Both the position numbers and the translations under genes were made by a program. 64,000 nucleotides of DNA from Planctomycetota bacterium. Its GTDB lineage: Bacteria; Planctomycetota; UBA1135; UBA2386. The notes under the pieces are model-generated. The model saw only the letters and a list, made by a program, of their open reading frames with translations, was not told the DNA's origin and made no database searches. The first letter of the stretch is position 1; each line of letters opens with the position of its first letter. Below, piece by piece: positions 30,496 to 40,483 of this stretch. The stretch spans positions 7,520,001-7,584,000 of the forward strand of contig OZ245006.1 in assembly GCA_965223545.1 (NCBI GenBank). The letters run 5' to 3'.

Positions 30496-30863
30496 ACACG
30501 TTGCGGGCGACGCGGGTGGCCATGCGGCTGGGGCTGCCGTTGTTCGTCGCCTCGGTCGCGTTGTTGTGGTGGTTCTTCGGTCTGCTGCGGGTACCGGACG
30601 GCATGGACTCGATGCTGGACACCCACCCGCCGGGGACGACTTGCATCATCTGGAAGACGCCGCGTTCGGTCCCGGTCGGCGCGGTGGTGTTCTGCGATGT
30701 GGAGGGCGGCAGCTGGCTGGCCCGGGTCACGGCGGTGGCCGAGGACGGTGGCCTCGCCTTGCGCTGCGACAACCGAGCTTCCCGCTTTGTCGCCTTGGAA
30801 CGGGCGTCGAGCTATCCCGCCGCAGCGGTGCGCGGCATGGTGCTGACCCAGTTTCCGCCGTAG
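30492..30863 (+). CDS. Small S24/S26 peptidase-like membrane protein
   Basis: TM helix, then DSM, GAVVF, LARV, LRCDN resembling signal peptidase boxes; catalytic Lys not evident. Confidence 0.45.
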   Translation: MNTLRATRVAMRLGLPLFVASVALLWWFFGLLRVPDGMDSMLDTHPPGTTCIIWKTPRSVPVGAVVFCDVEGGSWLARVTAVAEDGGLALRCDNRASRFVALERASSYPAAAVRGMVLTQFPP

Positions 30864-30926
30864 TCGGACGCCCTGAGGGTTGCGTCGGGCACGCTGCCGC
30901 CCGAGAGTCCCGCTGCCGAGATTCTG

Positions 30927-31859
30927 ATGGCAGGCAAGACCGAACGCGAATGGACCGCGTGGTTGGCGGAGCTGTTTCCGCGGCCGCGCTCGGTGCTGGT
31001 CGGCATCGGCGACGACGCTGCGGTGGTCGCCGAGCGGCGCGGTGCCTCGGTGATCACCACCGATCCGGTGATCGAGGGCGTGCACTTCGACGCCGGTACG
31101 CCGCCGAGCGCGGTGGCGGCCAAGGCCGTCAACCGCAACTTGGCGGACTTGGCGGCGATGGGCGCGCGCCCGCACCATCTGGTGGCCTCCGTGTTGCTGC
31201 CGCGGCGCATGCCCGCGGCGCGCGTGCGGGCGCTGTTCATCGGGCTGCGCAACGCCGCGGTGCGCGCCGACTGCGCGGTGGTGGGGGGAGACGTCGGCGC
31301 CACTCCCGGGCCGCTGACCCTGGCGATCACCGCGGTCGGGCACCTCGGCGGGGCTGCGCTGCGGCGCAGCAACGCGCGCGCCGGCGACGCCCTGCACGTC
31401 ACCGGTGACCTGGGCGGTGCCGCGCTCGGACACCACCTGCGCTTCACCCCGCCGGTCAGCGAGGGAGTGTGGTTGGCCGAGCGCACCGACGTCCGCGCCG
31501 CGATCGACGTCAGCGACGGTTTGCTGCTGGACTTGGCGACCCTGCTGGCCGCGTCCGGCGGCCTCGGTGCCGAGCTCGACCGCGAGGCCGTGCCCATCTC
31601 GGCCGCGGCGCGCCGCCGCTCGAGGCGCAGCGGGCGGACGCCGCTCGAGCACGCGATGAAGGACGGCGAGGATCACGTGCTGTTGTTCGCGGTGCCGCGG
31701 GGGGGGCGACTGCCGCGCGGCGGGCCGCTGCGGCCGGCGGCGCGCCAGCCCATCGGTCGGGTCACGCGGGCACCCGGCTTGTGGCTCGTCGATCGAGAGG
31801 GGACCCGCGTCCGGCTGGCGGCGGCCGGCTACCAGCACGAGGTCGGGGGCGGCCGGTGA
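30927..31859 (+). CDS. thiL: Thiamine-monophosphate kinase
   Basis: GIGDDAA, EGVHF, NLADLAAMGA, GGD, VTGDLG, IDVSDGL, GEDHVLLF. Confidence 0.92.
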   Translation: MAGKTEREWTAWLAELFPRPRSVLVGIGDDAAVVAERRGASVITTDPVIEGVHFDAGTPPSAVAAKAVNRNLADLAAMGARPHHLVASVLLPRRMPAARVRALFIGLRNAAVRADCAVVGGDVGATPGPLTLAITAVGHLGGAALRRSNARAGDALHVTGDLGGAALGHHLRFTPPVSEGVWLAERTDVRAAIDVSDGLLLDLATLLAASGGLGAELDREAVPISAAARRRSRRSGRTPLEHAMKDGEDHVLLFAVPRGGRLPRGGPLRPAARQPIGRVTRAPGLWLVDREGTRVRLAAAGYQHEVGGGR

Positions 31860-32371
31860 CCGAGGTCGAGCGAGCGCTGTTTGCCGCCGATGAGGCGGCG
31901 ACCCTCGCTCTCGGCCGTGCGATCGGCGCCCAGCTGCGCCGGGGCCAAGCCCTGGCGCTGAGCGGCGACCTCGGTGCCGGCAAGACCACGCTGGCGCGCG
32001 GCGTCGCGGTCGGGCTGCGGGTGGACGAGCCGGACGAGGTGTGCAGCCCGACGTATCTGCTCGTGGTCGAGCACCCGGGGCCCCTGCCGATGGTCCACAT
32101 CGATGCCTACCTGCCGGCCAAGACCCAGGCGTTCTTGGCCGATGGGGGAGTCGACTACCTGGCCGACCTCGGCGGGGTGGCGGTCGTCGAGTGGGCCGAG
32201 CGGGTCGCCACCCTCCTGCCGAGCGAGACCCTGTGGGTCGAGCTCGAGCGGGCGGAGCGGCGAGGGATCGCCGGCCGGCGCGCGCGTCTGCGGGGCCGAT
32301 CGCCGACGTTCTCGTGGCTGAGGCCGGGCGCCCCCCTTGCCATCGCCGGATGCGAGGAGCTAAGTTGTTGA
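31856..32371 (+). CDS. tsaE: tRNA threonylcarbamoyladenosine biosynthesis ATPase
   Basis: GDLGAGKTT, SPTYLL, HIDAY, VEWAE; GTGA overlap with thiL. Confidence 0.92.
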   Translation: MTEVERALFAADEAATLALGRAIGAQLRRGQALALSGDLGAGKTTLARGVAVGLRVDEPDEVCSPTYLLVVEHPGPLPMVHIDAYLPAKTQAFLADGGVDYLADLGGVAVVEWAERVATLLPSETLWVELERAERRGIAGRRARLRGRSPTFSWLRPGAPLAIAGCEELSC

Positions 32372-32484
32372 CTGGCAGATGATTGAGAAATCGTCGGCCG
32401 CGGCCGCTCGGAAGGCCGTTGGAGAAACTCCACGGCCGGCGTGAACCGGTGGCCCGCACGTCGCGTTGGCGCACCACAGACTCG

Positions 32485-33216
32485 ATGGGCCAAGAGCAGG
32501 AACACGACCGCAGCGGGGACGGCGGCGAAACCGGTTCGCCGCGCGTTTCGACCGGCGCCGCGCCAGCGGGGTCGGGCCCGGTCGGCGACCCCGGTGGTAC
32601 TGCCGAGGATTGGCTGGCACGGTTCGCCGAGGGCGACGAAGCCGCGTTCCACCGCATCGTCGGCGAGTACCAGGCTCGCCTGGTGCAGTTCTACTATCGC
32701 CTCTGCTGGGATCGCGACGCCGCCGAGGACTTCGCGCAGGACTTGTTCATGAAGCTGCTGCGCGGCGCCCGGCGCTACCGGCCGGAGGGCAAGCTGTCGA
32801 CCTTCATCTTCCGCGTCGCCACCAACCTCTGGATCGACCACTACCGGTCCGCGCGGCCGCAGCCGCGGCTCTACTCGCTCGACCAGCCGATGCTGGGCAG
32901 TGGGCGGAGCATGGCGGCGCGCGTGCCGGCGGGCGGGGCCGGCCCGCAGGAGGTGGCGATCGACGGCGAGCAGCGCGCGCAGCTGCGCGCCGCTCTGGAG
33001 TCGCTGACCGAGCCGCACCGGCTCGTGTTCGAGCTCGCGGTCTACCAGGAGCTGCCGTACGCCGAGATCGGCCAGATCTTGGGGATCCCGTTGGGCACGG
33101 TGAAGTCGCGGATGCACAACTCGGTCAAGGCACTGAAGGCCGTGCTCGATCCCGAGCGGCAGGAGGTGGACCGGCCGTCCCCCGGTTCGTTTCGGGCCGC
33201 CGGAGGTTCCGGATGA
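32485..33216 (+). CDS. ECF-type RNA polymerase sigma factor
   Basis: GDEAAF, AEDFAQDLF, TFIFRVATNLWIDHYR (region 2); ELPYAEIGQILGIPLGTVKSRMH (region 4). Confidence 0.93.
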   Translation: MGQEQEHDRSGDGGETGSPRVSTGAAPAGSGPVGDPGGTAEDWLARFAEGDEAAFHRIVGEYQARLVQFYYRLCWDRDAAEDFAQDLFMKLLRGARRYRPEGKLSTFIFRVATNLWIDHYRSARPQPRLYSLDQPMLGSGRSMAARVPAGGAGPQEVAIDGEQRAQLRAALESLTEPHRLVFELAVYQELPYAEIGQILGIPLGTVKSRMHNSVKALKAVLDPERQEVDRPSPGSFRAAGGSG

Positions 33217-34796
33217 CTCGGTCTGACCACAGGCCCGATCCGGAGTTCGCGGCCCTGGCGGGCGCGGTGGACGCGATCTTGGGTGAGTCGTCGGCGGAGG
33301 CTCATGCCGCGCGCCGCCAACTCGAGATCGACCCGGCGCAGGCGTTGGCGACGGCGGGCGTGCGCGATCTGTTCGAGCAGCTGCGCGGCTTGACCGTCGA
33401 GCCATCCGGTCGGGTGCCGGTCGCGGTGCGCTACGCCGCGGCCCGTCGAGCGCGGCTGCGCGCGCGGCGGCCGGGCGCCGGCGCGGTCTTGCGCTCGATG
33501 ACCGCGCGCACGTGGCTGGGCGTGCCGGCGGTGGCCGCCGTAGTGTTGGCAGCTCTGGTGCTGTGGCAGCGGCCCGGCGCTCTGGTCACGCCTTCGGTAT
33601 CGGCGGTGGATGCGGCCGTTGTCGATGTCGCGGCGGAGGCCGACGAGGAGTCGGCGGGCTTTGCTACCGTCGGTCGACGCACGCTGGTCGGCGCGGCGCC
33701 GGTCGAGCCGGACGACGCCGCGGTGGAGGACGTTCTCGCCGTCGGCGGGCTGGGGCTGCGCGCGACCTACGAGGCCCTGGCCCGCCTCGAGCGCGATGCG
33801 CCCCATCAGGACGTGCTGCGCGCCGACAACGACTTGGCGCTGCTGCGCTACGAGTTTCGCCAGCGGTTCACCGCGGCCCAGCGCCGGCGCTTGATGCGTG
33901 CCAACGGTGGAGACCCGGGGCTCGAGGGTCGGGTCCAGGCGCTGGCGGCGGCGATCGCGGCGAGACTGGAGCGGGAGCCGTTGCACGCGGTCGGGCCGCG
34001 GGCGGCGGCGCTGGCGCTGCGCGCGCTGTTGGCGGCTGGCTCGAGTCCGAGCACCGGCCATCGCGGCGCCGTGGCGGCGCTGCGCGCCGATTTGGCCAGG
34101 CGGCTGCCGGAAGTGCGGGGTGCGGACCGGGTCGCCGTGTTGGCGGCGATGGTGGACGTCGCGGTGCTCACCGACGGCGTCGAGGTCGAGCTGGTGCGCC
34201 GGTACGCGACGGCGTTGGCCAGGTCGGTGTCGCGCCCGGCGGAGGTGCGCGTCGCGGCGCACGGCCACGGCGTCGTCGTCGCCCAGCGCCGGCCCGAGCT
34301 GCTGCGCATCGAGACCCCGGCGGCGAGCCTTGCGGATGCCGGACATGTGCTCCGGCTGGCCCCCGCCTTCGGGGTCGACCCCGCGCTCGCGCGGCAGGCG
34401 CGTCGGTTGGTGGCCGCGCACCTGCAGGAGCGGTTGGCGGCGGCATCGGTCGAGCAGCCGGCGCTGCTCGCCGCGCAGCTGTACGGATTTGGTGACCTCG
34501 TCGACCGCGGTGAAGTCGACCGCATGCTGAGCCTCTGGCGGCCGCGCCTGATGGCCAGCGCCGACGTCGTGGCCCTGTACCAGATGGCTTGGGGGCAGTA
34601 TCCGCCGCGGCCGGGGTGGGCGCGCTTCCAGTGGGAGCTGCGCGAGGTCGGCGCGGCGAAGACACCGGAGTCGGTGTTGGACACCGCGGCCCTGCTGCTC
34701 AGCGTGGCGACCAACTTCGCGGCTCCGGGAGTGGCCGGCGTCCTGGAGTTGGATCGCGTGGCAGGGCAGCCCCCGGCCCGCCTCTCGTGGCTGTGA
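33213..34796 (+). CDS. Probable anti-sigma factor (single TM, large helical extracytoplasmic domain)
   Basis: ATGA overlap with the sigma gene; short N-terminal domain, TM WLGVPAVAAVVLAALVLW, long helical C-terminus. Confidence 0.55.
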   Translation: MTRSDHRPDPEFAALAGAVDAILGESSAEAHAARRQLEIDPAQALATAGVRDLFEQLRGLTVEPSGRVPVAVRYAAARRARLRARRPGAGAVLRSMTARTWLGVPAVAAVVLAALVLWQRPGALVTPSVSAVDAAVVDVAAEADEESAGFATVGRRTLVGAAPVEPDDAAVEDVLAVGGLGLRATYEALARLERDAPHQDVLRADNDLALLRYEFRQRFTAAQRRRLMRANGGDPGLEGRVQALAAAIAARLEREPLHAVGPRAAALALRALLAAGSSPSTGHRGAVAALRADLARRLPEVRGADRVAVLAAMVDVAVLTDGVEVELVRRYATALARSVSRPAEVRVAAHGHGVVVAQRRPELLRIETPAASLADAGHVLRLAPAFGVDPALARQARRLVAAHLQERLAAASVEQPALLAAQLYGFGDLVDRGEVDRMLSLWRPRLMASADVVALYQMAWGQYPPRPGWARFQWELREVGAAKTPESVLDTAALLLSVATNFAAPGVAGVLELDRVAGQPPARLSWL

Positions 34797-34884
34797 GCGC
34801 GATTCGCTGAGGCGAGACTCGCCGGGCGCCGCGCCGGGTTTCTTCGGTTCTGGTGTCGAGCAGGCGAGTGCGTATGGTCGGCGC

Positions 34885-36516
34885 ATGATTCGCGCCGGTG
34901 CGCTGTTCTCGTGCTCGGCGGCCGTGGCCGCGCTCGTTTCGATTGGCCCGCGCGTCCACGGCCAGGACCCGGCGGGTCGCGGTGGCGAGTCGGTCGTCGA
35001 TCCGCTCGCCGAGGTGCCGATCCCGGCCGATCCCGGTGCCGGAGCCGAGTACCCGCTCACCCTGATGGATGCGCTGCGGTTGGCTCTGCGGCACAACACC
35101 ACGATCAAGGTCGAGGAGCTGTTGCCGCACCAGGCCTCGGAGGACGTGCGCGCCGCGCGCGCGATCTTCGAGCCCGAGTTCTTCAGCCACGTCTCGGTGT
35201 CGCGCAGCAAGGATCCGACCCGCAACGTGTTCCAGCCGGCGATCAGCCGTGAGACCTACGACGCCCGTTTCGGCGTGCGGCAGCTGGTGCCCTCGGGTGG
35301 TCTGTTCGACTTGGCGTTCTCGCCGACGCGGCTGACGCAGAACTCGTCGGTGCAGGGCTTCCCGGCGCGCCAATACACCACCGACTTCACCGCGACCTAC
35401 ACCCAGCCGCTGCTGCGCGGGGCGTGGGACGACTACACCATGCGCGACGTACACGTGCAGGAGTCGCGGCGCGCGGCGGCGGCGTTTCGCTACGACCGCG
35501 TGGTGCAGGACACGCTGCTGGCGGTCGTGCAGGCGTATTGGGACCTGGTGTTTGCCCGCGAGAATTACCGCGTGGCTTTCCAGGCCTTCGAGCTGGCGCG
35601 GCGTCAGCTGGATCGCACCGACCAGCGGATCCGCGTCGGCGATCTGGCGCCGCTGGATCGCGTCACCGACGAGGCCGAGGTGGCCCGCCGGCGCGAAGAG
35701 CTGGTCACCGCGGAGAACGAGATCCGCGACCGCGAGGACGATTTGCGGCGGCTGTTGTTCGACGACGCCGACGGCGAGCTGTGGCGCCGGCAGATCGAGC
35801 CGCTGACGCCGATCGGTGCGGTCGACGGGTCGGGGTTGCTCGATTGGCGCATCATCGCCGCCCGGGCGCGGCGCGAGCGCCCCGACTTGCGCGCTCTGCG
35901 CGCCGACGTGTCCGCCGCCGAGGTGCAGCTCGAGGCGGCGGAGCGCGACGTGCTGCCGCAGCTCGATCTCGTCGGCTCGTACACCACCAACAGCGTGCGC
36001 GAGGGATTCGACGACGCCTGGTCGGACACCACCGACTTTCAATTCCCCGACTGGAGTCTGCGCCTCGAGCTGTCGGTGCCGATCGGCAACAACGCCGCAC
36101 GGGCGGCGCGTGACCGCGCGGGTCTCGAGGTCGAGCGCACGCGGCGGGCGCTGTACGCGGCGATGTTCGACGTCGATCTGGAGGTCCGCGACGCGGTGCG
36201 GCGCTTGGCCACCTTGGCGGAGAGCATCGAGCGGGGCCGCGAGAGCGTGCGCTTGGCGGAGACCAACCTCACCCGCGAGGTGGCGCGCAAGGACGCCGGC
36301 GAGAGCACGACGCTGGACGTGCAGCAGCGCAACCAAGAGCTGCAGGAGGCGCGTTCGCGGCTGCTGCGCAATCTGCTGGACTACCGCATCGCGGAGAGCA
36401 CGCTCGAGCACGTGCAGGGAACCCTGGCCGGTGAGGCCGAGGACGAGACCACCGCCGAAGACGGGGCGGCAGGGTCGGAATCCACGGGCGGCGACACCGA
36501 GCCCGGACGGGAGTAG
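34885..36516 (+). CDS. TolC-family outer membrane efflux protein
   Basis: Signal peptide; LTLMDALRLALRHN, YTQPLLRG, VVQAYWDL, RPDLRA, LPQLDL, LSVPIGN. Confidence 0.9.
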   Translation: MIRAGALFSCSAAVAALVSIGPRVHGQDPAGRGGESVVDPLAEVPIPADPGAGAEYPLTLMDALRLALRHNTTIKVEELLPHQASEDVRAARAIFEPEFFSHVSVSRSKDPTRNVFQPAISRETYDARFGVRQLVPSGGLFDLAFSPTRLTQNSSVQGFPARQYTTDFTATYTQPLLRGAWDDYTMRDVHVQESRRAAAAFRYDRVVQDTLLAVVQAYWDLVFARENYRVAFQAFELARRQLDRTDQRIRVGDLAPLDRVTDEAEVARRREELVTAENEIRDREDDLRRLLFDDADGELWRRQIEPLTPIGAVDGSGLLDWRIIAARARRERPDLRALRADVSAAEVQLEAAERDVLPQLDLVGSYTTNSVREGFDDAWSDTTDFQFPDWSLRLELSVPIGNNAARAARDRAGLEVERTRRALYAAMFDVDLEVRDAVRRLATLAESIERGRESVRLAETNLTREVARKDAGESTTLDVQQRNQELQEARSRLLRNLLDYRIAESTLEHVQGTLAGEAEDETTAEDGAAGSESTGGDTEPGRE

Positions 36517-36622
36517 GCTTAGCCATGCGGTTTTCGGTGACGCGCCGGGGTGCTCGGTCTAGGAGGCTGTCGACGACCTCTGGCGGCGATGCGCGCGGTG
36601 CCAGCCTCGACTCGGGATCCCG

Positions 36623-38302
36623 ATGATGCGGCGTTATCTCACCCTGTTGCCCTTGCTGTGGGCTTGTTCGGAGCAACCGCCAGCCGGGGGCGCGGCTGCG
36701 GCCGCCCCGGAGGGGCAGGCGGCTGTCGGCCCTGCCACCCACCCGTTCGGCTTCGAGGTTTGGCGAGCGGACTTTCCGTTCGAGCCGCACCTGTCGCCCG
36801 CCGAGGATCGCTGGTACGGACACTCGCGGCGCCAAGCGCTGGAGCGGATCGTCGACAAGCTGCAGGGCAACTGCACGCGCGACGGTTGGCTGATGGCGAT
36901 GGCGTTCTTCGAGCGCGCCGGCGAGGAAGCGGTGCCGGTGCTGGCCGAGGCCCTCGACCGCGCCCTGCAGACCAGCTCGATGGCGGACAAGGTGGAGAAC
37001 ATCGCCGAGGCGCTCGGCCGGATGGGGCACCTGGACTCCGATGACGTCGCCGAGGCGGTCTTCCGCGCGGCCCAGCACCGCAAGGAGTCGGTGCAGAAGA
37101 AGGCGATGATCGCCATGGTTCCGGCGGGCAACGCCGAAGTCGTGCGCCGCATGCTGCCAGCGCTCGGAGCGCTGCAGACGCGCAGCCAGGTCGCCCTGCT
37201 GCAGGCCGCGCGCGCCCACTTGCCCGAGGCCGAGGTCCGCGCGTTGTTCCGCGGTCTCCTGGTGCGGGAGTCACCGCACTTCAGCATGGCGGTCGACGAG
37301 ACCTTGAAGATGCCGCCGCCGCAGGCGATGGACCTACTCGAGCCGCTGTGGGCGATGGCGCGCGGCGAGCTGCAGTGGTCGATTGCCGGCGTGATGCACG
37401 CCGTCGGCGACGCTCGTGGTACGCACTACCTGCGTTCGCAGCTGCGCAGCGACCTCAAGAACGCGCAGATCGCCGCCATCGGCGCCCTGAGCAAGTACGG
37501 GCTGGAGCCCCTGTTCGACGATGTCCTCAAGCTGAGCATCTCGCCGGATCCGCAGGTGCGGCAGGCGGTGATGGTCGCGGTCAGCGGAATCGACGAGGAG
37601 AACGTCAGCAACCTGCTCAGCACGTTCGCGGTCGATCCGGTGATCGACGTGCGGCAGATGGCGTTGCACGCGCTGGTGCAGCGCGGTGAGCGGACGTTCG
37701 TCGAGCAGCTGATCGACACGATGCGCACCGCGACCGGCACCAACCTGATGAGCACGATGGCCGATCTCGCCGCCTCGGGTGACGAGGAGGGGCTGATCGC
37801 GATCGTCTCGCGCATGGAGAACGCCGCCCCGGAGGAGCGCCGGCCGTACATCAAGGCCATCGCCCGGTCCACGGCGCCGTCCGCGTTCGATGCTTTGCGC
37901 TCCGTCTTCATGGAGCCCGAAGCGCCGATCGCCGGCGGGACCACGAACGTCGCCTACGCCGCCACGGTGATGCCGAACCAGCGCGCCGCGGGGGATCGGA
38001 TGCTCGAGCTGTTCGACGCGCTGCCTGCCGAGGACTACCGGCGCCGCGCCTTCGCCCTGCACGCCATCGCCAACCTGGCGGCGGTCTCGGCGAAGGACCC
38101 GGAGTTCGCCGCGGAGGTCTATCGCCGCTGTCGCGCGCTGCTCGCCGACCGCGAGGCGATTCCCCAGCTCCGGCTCCTGGCCCTCGAATACCTGCGGCGC
38201 GACCTCACCCTCGACGACATGGTCGCCATCAAGCAGCAGCAGGAAACCGAGGACCCACCGATGCGCAAAGCGCTGTCGAGCTTCCTCTTCGAGTTCTTCT
38301 GA
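36623..38302 (+). CDS. HEAT-repeat lipoprotein
   Basis: Lipobox LLWAC; repeats such as SPDPQVRQAVMVAV and DPVIDVRQMALHAL. Confidence 0.75.
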   Translation: MMRRYLTLLPLLWACSEQPPAGGAAAAAPEGQAAVGPATHPFGFEVWRADFPFEPHLSPAEDRWYGHSRRQALERIVDKLQGNCTRDGWLMAMAFFERAGEEAVPVLAEALDRALQTSSMADKVENIAEALGRMGHLDSDDVAEAVFRAAQHRKESVQKKAMIAMVPAGNAEVVRRMLPALGALQTRSQVALLQAARAHLPEAEVRALFRGLLVRESPHFSMAVDETLKMPPPQAMDLLEPLWAMARGELQWSIAGVMHAVGDARGTHYLRSQLRSDLKNAQIAAIGALSKYGLEPLFDDVLKLSISPDPQVRQAVMVAVSGIDEENVSNLLSTFAVDPVIDVRQMALHALVQRGERTFVEQLIDTMRTATGTNLMSTMADLAASGDEEGLIAIVSRMENAAPEERRPYIKAIARSTAPSAFDALRSVFMEPEAPIAGGTTNVAYAATVMPNQRAAGDRMLELFDALPAEDYRRRAFALHAIANLAAVSAKDPEFAAEVYRRCRALLADREAIPQLRLLALEYLRRDLTLDDMVAIKQQQETEDPPMRKALSSFLFEFF

Positions 38303-38326
38303 CCGTGCGCCGCACCCGCGAACGAA

Positions 38327-38378
38327 CGAACTCGTGAAGGTACGGAGCCTGACCTGGCTCCGTACCCTCACGAGTTCG
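38327..38378. repeat. REP-like palindrome copy 3 (intact; empty IS110 target)
   Basis: CGAACTCGTGAAGGTACGGAGCC-TGACCT-GGCTCCGTACCCTCACGAGTTCG; 23-bp stem with one mismatch, between convergent genes. Confidence 0.9.
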
Positions 38379-38946
38379 GCAGCGCGAGCCAACGTTCGTC
38401 GTCCGTGCCGCGGTACCACTGGCCGGGCGCGGGTTTGTGGTCGAGCGGGTGGCCGCAGCCGGCGGCGGGGACCGGATCGAGGCCGGCGTAGCCCGCCTGT
38501 AGGTTGCGCGAGAACGCGGGTAGGCCTCGGCTGGGGAAGAAGAACACGCTGCGCCCGGCGTCGAGATAGGAGCGTGGCCAGGCGTACACCTCGAAGGCTG
38601 GGGGTTCGTCGGGCGCGGCTTCGTCTTCAGGCGATGGTAGCAGCGCGATCCGGTAGTGCTTGGCGCCGAACACCAGGCGCTGGCCCGCGATCGACGCCTC
38701 CTCGTCGACCTCGAGGTCGTGGCCCTCGGTGCGCTCCAGCAGGGATGCGGCCAGATCCGGCGTCGCCAAGTCGAACGGTGCCAGCTCGGTCGCGGCGCCG
38801 CACACGGCGCGCGCCGCCGCTTCCGCGCGGCGCTCGATGCGCGCTACCCGCGCGGCGGTGGCGTACGGAACCCAGAGGGTGACGCCCAGCACGACGCAAC
38901 CCAGGAGCAGGAGCGTATTGCCGAGATTCAGGGTCCGGAGACGCAC
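38368..38946 (-). CDS. Hypothetical membrane-anchored protein (pilin-like/DUF2950-like C-terminal motif)
   Basis: N-terminal TM helix; FEVYAWPRSYLDAGRSVFFF motif; start uncertain. Confidence 0.5.
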   Translation of the reverse strand: MRLRTLNLGNTLLLLGCVVLGVTLWVPYATAARVARIERRAEAAARAVCGAATELAPFDLATPDLAASLLERTEGHDLEVDEEASIAGQRLVFGAKHYRIALLPSPEDEAAPDEPPAFEVYAWPRSYLDAGRSVFFFPSRGLPAFSRNLQAGYAGLDPVPAAGCGHPLDHKPAPGQWYRGTDDERWLALPNS

Positions 38947-39043
38947 GCGCGGGATCTTGCGGCATGGCGCGCGCGTGTGCAATCGCAGGGTCGTTGGCAG
39001 GTGGCCGCTTGCGCCGTGGGGGCCGGCGGTGGACGGTGGGCTC

Positions 39044-40483
39044 ATGAGCCCCGTGCTCGATGTCCCCGCGGCGCTGCGGCAGCTCGCTGCCACGCTGCAG
39101 CAGAGCGGCGGGCGGGTCTGGCTGGTCGGCGGAGCCGTGCGCGATGCGCTCCTCGCGGAGGCCGCAACGCCAGACGCGGATCGGGCGGAGGCGGGCGTCG
39201 AGCGCGACTGGGATCTCGCCACCGACCTGCCGCCGGACGCCGTCGCCGCCGCCATCGGCACCGCGCCACAGCGCGCGCACGCGTTCGGCGCGGTGGCATT
39301 CGAGCGGGACGGTGTCGCCGGCGTCGTGCAGACACTGCGGCGCGAGTCCGGCTACCGAGACCGGCGCCGGCCGGACGTCGTGGAGTTCACTGCCGATCTC
39401 GCTGCCGACGCCGCGCGCCGCGACTTCACGGCCAACGCGCTCTACCTGGATCTGAGCGACGGCCGCTTGATCGATCCGCTCGGCGGTCGCGAGGATCTGC
39501 GGCGCGGCGTGCTGCGGGCGATCGGGGACCCCAGCGTGAGGTTGCGCGAGGACCCGCTGCGCATGCTCCGCGCCGTGCGGTTCTGCGCGGCGGGCGGCCT
39601 GCGGCTGGAGGCGGCCACCGACGCCGCCCTGCGCGCGCACAGCGATGCGGTCCGTGACCTCTCCGCCGACCGGGTGCGCGACGAGCTGACGCGCGCCTTC
39701 ACCGGCCGTGGCCGCGGCCGCGCGCTGCGCATGGCGATCGACCTGGGCGTGACAACGCCTTGGCTCCCCGAGCTCGCGCCCATGGACGGGGTTCCTCAAC
39801 CACCACAGTACCACCCGGAAGGCGACGTCCTGACGCACGTGTGCTTGGTCTTGGACCACGTGCCGGCGGACGATCCGGTGTTGTCGTGGGCGGCCGTGCT
39901 GCACGACGTCGGCAAGCCGCCGACCTTCGAGCGGGCGGCGGACCGCATCCGCTTCACCGGCCACGACGTGCTGTCGGCGCAGATGGCCGAACGCATGCTG
40001 CGCCGGCTGCGTGCTCCGCGGCGCTGGATCGAAGCGGTGGTCGAGATCTGCCGTGACCACATCAGGATCGCGTCGCTGCCGCAGATGGGCAAGACCAAGC
40101 GCGAGCGTTGGCTGCGGACCGAGCTGTTCCCGGCGCACCTGGCGTTTCATCGCGCCGATTGTCTGGGCAGCCATGGCGATCTGCACATCTACGAATTCGC
40201 TCGGCGGGCGTTGGCGGAACTGCCGCCGGAGCCGCCGCCACCGCTGGTGTCCGGTGCCGATGTGCTCGCCCTCGGCGTCGGCGAGGGGCCCATGGTGGGG
40301 CAGCTACTGCGGGCCGCGCAGGCCGAGATCGAGCAGCGTGCCGGTGTCGATCGGAGACAGGCTTTGTCCATTCTCGAGACAGTGGTGAAGAGTGCGGTCA
40401 AGGAGCCCGCAGGCGGGGCCGATACGGAGGGCACTGGCCAAGCACGGACCGATGCCGATGACGAACAGCGACCTCAGTCATGA
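39044..40483 (+). CDS. cca: CCA tRNA nucleotidyltransferase / poly(A) polymerase family with HD domain
   Basis: LVGGAVRD, RDWD, RRDFTANAL, EDPLRMLRAVRF, HPEGDVLTH, LHDVGKP. Confidence 0.9.
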   Translation: MSPVLDVPAALRQLAATLQQSGGRVWLVGGAVRDALLAEAATPDADRAEAGVERDWDLATDLPPDAVAAAIGTAPQRAHAFGAVAFERDGVAGVVQTLRRESGYRDRRRPDVVEFTADLAADAARRDFTANALYLDLSDGRLIDPLGGREDLRRGVLRAIGDPSVRLREDPLRMLRAVRFCAAGGLRLEAATDAALRAHSDAVRDLSADRVRDELTRAFTGRGRGRALRMAIDLGVTTPWLPELAPMDGVPQPPQYHPEGDVLTHVCLVLDHVPADDPVLSWAAVLHDVGKPPTFERAADRIRFTGHDVLSAQMAERMLRRLRAPRRWIEAVVEICRDHIRIASLPQMGKTKRERWLRTELFPAHLAFHRADCLGSHGDLHIYEFARRALAELPPEPPPPLVSGADVLALGVGEGPMVGQLLRAAQAEIEQRAGVDRRQALSILETVVKSAVKEPAGGADTEGTGQARTDADDEQRPQS

